DNA from: an uncultured archaeon
Lineage (GTDB): Archaea > Aenigmatarchaeota > Aenigmatarchaeia > CG10238-14 > SCSR01
DNA length: 64,000 bases
Assembly (NCBI GenBank): GCA_964372485.1
Contig: CAYJQI010000001.1
Location: 707,829-771,828 of the forward strand
Direction of reading: 5' to 3'
In this document: one piece after another, positions 60,824 to 64,000 of the stretch
How the letters are laid out: each line of letters starts with the position of its first letter
How positions within the stretch are numbered: position 1 is the first letter of the stretch
Notes under the pieces: model-generated
Seen by the model: only the letters and a program-made list of their open reading frames with translations
The model's database searches: none
Told to the model about the DNA's origin: nothing
Position numbers and translations under genes: made by a program

Positions 60824-60991
60824 ATGGTAGTAGGTCGGTTAGTGGGTTGGTTACTGATTTTGGTTGGTTTGTTCTTTATTATAGCAATGCCGTCGATGAG
60901 GAACTATATGCCCGATAAATTCCAGCATACGGTCATTTGGGTGGGAGTTGTTATTCTGGGTATAGGCATTTTTGTTCTAGTTAAAAGTTAA
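60824..60991 (+). CDS. Small (55 aa) two-helix membrane protein, not in the ORF track
   Basis: My translation is MVVGRLVGWLLILVGLFFIIAMPSMRNYMPDKFQHTVIWVGVVILGIGIFVLVKS. It lies 25 nt upstream of the 586-aa ORF on the same strand. Confidence 0.4.
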   Translation: MVVGRLVGWLLILVGLFFIIAMPSMRNYMPDKFQHTVIWVGVVILGIGIFVLVKS

Positions 60992-61016
60992 TGAGAATAA
61001 AAAACCATATTAGATT

Positions 61017-62777
61017 ATGTCCGATGTTATTACAAAGGCTATTTTTAATGATAATCCGGGAATGGGATTGAATGCAAATCCTTTCGAAGGTGAGATGTAC
61101 ATAGATATGACCTCACCGATGGGGCAATTATCAGGAATGTATCTTGGATTGATGTTTTCTTTGCGTAGATTTGGTTTTGAAACTTTGAAGATCGATGAAT
61201 CAATAGATGTTTCTCCCGTTTTCAAACAATATTACGATCTTACTATACAACAGAAGCAAAGCCTTGAAGCACAAATTAAAGGAGGACTTGGCCAGATTGC
61301 AAATGCAATTCATGATTACGAATTGATACGACATGATCTTAGGAAATATAAAGAGTATTTGGATTATTTCACGAGAATCGAGCAAGGGAAGAACCTTTTG
61401 AAAAAAGCCAAAAAAGATGATGAAAAGGAAGAAGCACAAAAAATGATAACTGAAGGTGTACAGACTCTTCGTTCTGTTTTTATAGATCAAGTCGATGCAC
61501 ACACTGGTGAAGGAATTGCATTAAGAACAATAACCTCAAGATGGCCAACGATAATTGTTGATTTTCAGAGATTGGATGAGAATGAAACTGATCAGAAAAA
61601 AATTGCAGAGAAACATAAAATTTCAGAAGCCGAAGCATCTATCCTTGCAACGAAAAATAAACTCTTTATTGAATGGAGGGATAATCTTTTCCGACCTACT
61701 TTAAAGGAGCGATATGAAAATGTTCTTCGATTGGTTGAAGCGAGAAAAACATCTGTCCAGAGATATACCGACATGCTTAAACCTACTATCGCACGGTATA
61801 AACTGATCAACGACGCATTAGAAAGTCCAGAAGGAAGACAATGGGGTCATACGGGATTCTTCCAACCCAGTGCTCAAGCATTTTCAAACGATCTTATACG
61901 AATTTGGGCATTCATGCCCTTTGCACCTGCAGAGAAATATAAATTCACTTTGGATTATATGAATCAAATTTCTTTAGAAAAAGCCGGATTCTTAAAATCG
62001 GAGATTAAAGAATTGGAAAAATTTGGTGTTAAACCGAAAGATCTAGTATATGCATTGCCTGCTGAACCATCTATTGATAAAATTGTAAGAGATGCTATAC
62101 CGGAAGTTCAAAAAACATACAAAGTTCAAATAACAATCAAAGATGTATATGATGCGAGAAAAAGGTTAACTAATTTATTTGGAAAAACAGCTTCTGAAAG
62201 ACAGGGTGCAGAAGGTGGAATAAGACCGGGAGCATCGTGGGTGTTCAGTCCTTATTGGATTTTCCTTGACATTCCAGTAAATCGAAGTGTAATAAGACTT
62301 GCAAATGGAACTGAAATGGAGGATCTATTCATACAAAATCTAACAGTCAAAAACAGAACACAGAATGTAATAATTGTAACTTTATTAGAAGTTATTGCAA
62401 GAGAAAAACAATTGGAAAATTATATCAGCCGACTTTTAGGTGAACTGGGTGGAGATCCGCAGGCACTGAAAACTATTGAGGAAATGTCAAAAGAAGAATA
62501 TCCAGAATTTTTTGGCGGTGAGAGGAAAGAGGAGAAGAAAGAGAAGGAGAGAAAAAGTTTATTGAAAGATTTATCGAAAACTGGTGCAAACATTGAGAAC
62601 TTTTTGAGAAATACATTTGGTGTTAGTTTTGGTTTCATGAGAGCAGGTGTGCCGTATGAGTTTGCAATGGATGATAGAATTGCAGAAATGTTTCAAGTGG
62701 AAACAATGGTCCAAGGTTATCTTTATGTTTTAAGATATTTGCAACAAGGTATGGGCGTTCCGGGGATAAGGGTATAA
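61017..62777 (+). CDS. Uncharacterised 586-aa protein, helix/coiled-coil-rich, with no recognisable motif
   Basis: It is a long uninterrupted ORF with coding-like composition. It has no P-loop, signal peptide or TM segment. Confidence 0.55.
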   Translation: MSDVITKAIFNDNPGMGLNANPFEGEMYIDMTSPMGQLSGMYLGLMFSLRRFGFETLKIDESIDVSPVFKQYYDLTIQQKQSLEAQIKGGLGQIANAIHDYELIRHDLRKYKEYLDYFTRIEQGKNLLKKAKKDDEKEEAQKMITEGVQTLRSVFIDQVDAHTGEGIALRTITSRWPTIIVDFQRLDENETDQKKIAEKHKISEAEASILATKNKLFIEWRDNLFRPTLKERYENVLRLVEARKTSVQRYTDMLKPTIARYKLINDALESPEGRQWGHTGFFQPSAQAFSNDLIRIWAFMPFAPAEKYKFTLDYMNQISLEKAGFLKSEIKELEKFGVKPKDLVYALPAEPSIDKIVRDAIPEVQKTYKVQITIKDVYDARKRLTNLFGKTASERQGAEGGIRPGASWVFSPYWIFLDIPVNRSVIRLANGTEMEDLFIQNLTVKNRTQNVIIVTLLEVIAREKQLENYISRLLGELGGDPQALKTIEEMSKEEYPEFFGGERKEEKKEKERKSLLKDLSKTGANIENFLRNTFGVSFGFMRAGVPYEFAMDDRIAEMFQVETMVQGYLYVLRYLQQGMGVPGIRV

Positions 62778-62778
62778 T

Positions 62779-64000
62779 ATGACATATAACATTGCAGTTA
62801 CAAGTGGTCTTTATAGTATTGCACGTGGTCGTGAATTGGCAGGTATCAAAGCGAAAATTTCTCAAGTACTAACACAAGGTGTAAATAGTATCCAAGTTGA
62901 TTTGGATAGTGTATCAGAATTAACCGAGCCAGAGATTGAAACAGTTATTAAAAGATTCGTAGATGATTTGGGAATCAAATGGGTCATGCATGCTGAAATA
63001 ATAGAAGAAACTGCAATGGAAACTGCAATTCTCACAAATTGGAGACATTCACATAGAAGATTGCATATGTATCTCGACACTTTTTACGAAAAGTTTGTAA
63101 AAAGGGGGTTGAAAAATTATTTACCGGAGTATGTTGATTTCCACATTTCCATAATGATGACAATGGGGTATTTTGGAGAACGCTATAGAATAGCAGGTCT
63201 TCCAATGGTAAGTTTTGATGGTGAATATGATTGGATGAAAATTTTAAATAATAACAGTGATTTGAAAGATTGGTTTAGAAATCATATGGTTCTATTAGTT
63301 ATTGGGAGAGAAGCACCAATAGTTGCAACTCCAGACGAATTGAGAGAAAGAGCAGGTAGATCTGTTATTGAGAAGAAATTGGAAAAAATTGAAAATGAAA
63401 ATCCTGAAGAATATAGAAGAAAAATTAACGAATTCATTGAAAAGAACAGACATCAACCGCAAACTGTTGATGATTTTGTAAGTATTTTTGGTGAGAGCAT
63501 AAGACCCACAGATGAAGAAAGAGGTGATGCATTAATAGAACAATGGCTTGAATACAGTTCTCTACGATATACAAAAGGTTCAATAACCGACGAAGAGGTT
63601 GCATATTCAATAGTTGCAAAATATTTGGAACTTAAGAGAGATGATCCAAACGAACCTTTATGGAAACTTTTCTTTGGTGAGAAAACTATCGAACAACTGG
63701 AAGTGGAATGGGGTAAAAAACTTATTGATCTACAAACGAAGGAAATTTATTTACATCCTGATGTTATAGCGATGATTGGATCCAGATATATTATGGGTCA
63801 TTTCGAAGCTGACCCAGGAACATTCTACTTGGGAGAAAGTTACAAGGTAAATCCAGAAAGATCTAAAGACACATTCTTCAAGAAAAAGGCAATAGACAAA
63901 TTAAAAGAATTGAAATTAGTTTTAGTTTTTGAAAACCCGGAAGCTGCACCAGGCTCGGAAGGACTTAGAAGAATATTTCGAGCAAAACAAATGTATAATT
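62779..64000 (+). CDS. Uncharacterised protein (at least 407 aa) running off the window; not in the ORF track
   Basis: The ATG lies 1 nt after the preceding stop. I read no stop through 64000 in this frame (MTYNIAVTSGLYSIARGRELAGIK...LVLVFENPEAAPGSEGLRRIFRAKQMYN). WVMHAE, DFHIS and VFENPE loosely recall a xylose-isomerase-like TIM barrel. That resemblance is a weak guess. Confidence 0.5.
   Translation, partial: MTYNIAVTSGLYSIARGRELAGIKAKISQVLTQGVNSIQVDLDSVSELTEPEIETVIKRFVDDLGIKWVMHAEIIEETAMETAILTNWRHSHRRLHMYLDTFYEKFVKRGLKNYLPEYVDFHISIMMTMGYFGERYRIAGLPMVSFDGEYDWMKILNNNSDLKDWFRNHMVLLVIGREAPIVATPDELRERAGRSVIEKKLEKIENENPEEYRRKINEFIEKNRHQPQTVDDFVSIFGESIRPTDEERGDALIEQWLEYSSLRYTKGSITDEEVAYSIVAKYLELKRDDPNEPLWKLFFGEKTIEQLEVEWGKKLIDLQTKEIYLHPDVIAMIGSRYIMGHFEADPGTFYLGESYKVNPERSKDTFFKKKAIDKLKELKLVLVFENPEAAPGSEGLRRIFRAKQMYN

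Overview
Visibly AT-rich, gene-dense archaeal chromosome segment with about 85 genes on both strands.

Core content is archaeal information processing:
- aRF1, eS27/eL42/eL40, a GINS subunit and a fused PriS-PriL primase
- CysRS with an adjacent tRNA-Cys, TFS, PCNA and a Sec11-type signal peptidase
- an spc-type ribosomal cluster: uS8-uL6-eL32 ... eL19-uL18-uS5 ... uL30-uL15-SecY-DUF106-eL34-eL14
- Cbf5, DRG- and YchF-like GTPases, a decarboxylase, deoxyhypusine synthase, agmatinase, GatDE and CTP synthase

Several traits suggest a small-genome DPANN-like archaeon, by inference only: the fused primase, a compact GatE, no adk/cmk next to secY, and many secreted proteins rich in N-glycosylation sequons.

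Accessory highlights:
1. A diversity-generating retroelement (RT, template repeat, FGE/C-type-lectin-fold target with variable repeat). It lies with a nickel superoxide dismutase, its SodX protease and a TerC-like membrane protein as a reverse-oriented ~4 kb island between uS5 and uL30. The TR is 54 nt longer than the VR through three in-frame blocks, yet all 23 substitutions fall on TR adenines.
2. A second interruption of the ribosomal cluster by a LAGLIDADG/HTH gene and a half-length MFS gene.
3. An aRF1 whose universally conserved GGQ reads GGM, and whose conserved N-terminus lies upstream of any in-frame canonical start.
4. An operon of wHTH, a 1460-aa surface protein built of 20-residue repeats, a NEW3-like protein and a MinD-like ATPase.
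5. An unrecognisable divergent gene cluster at 59.4-64 kb.

No rRNA gene, CRISPR array or transposase was seen. All coordinates of non-track features were counted by hand and may be off by 1-2 nt.
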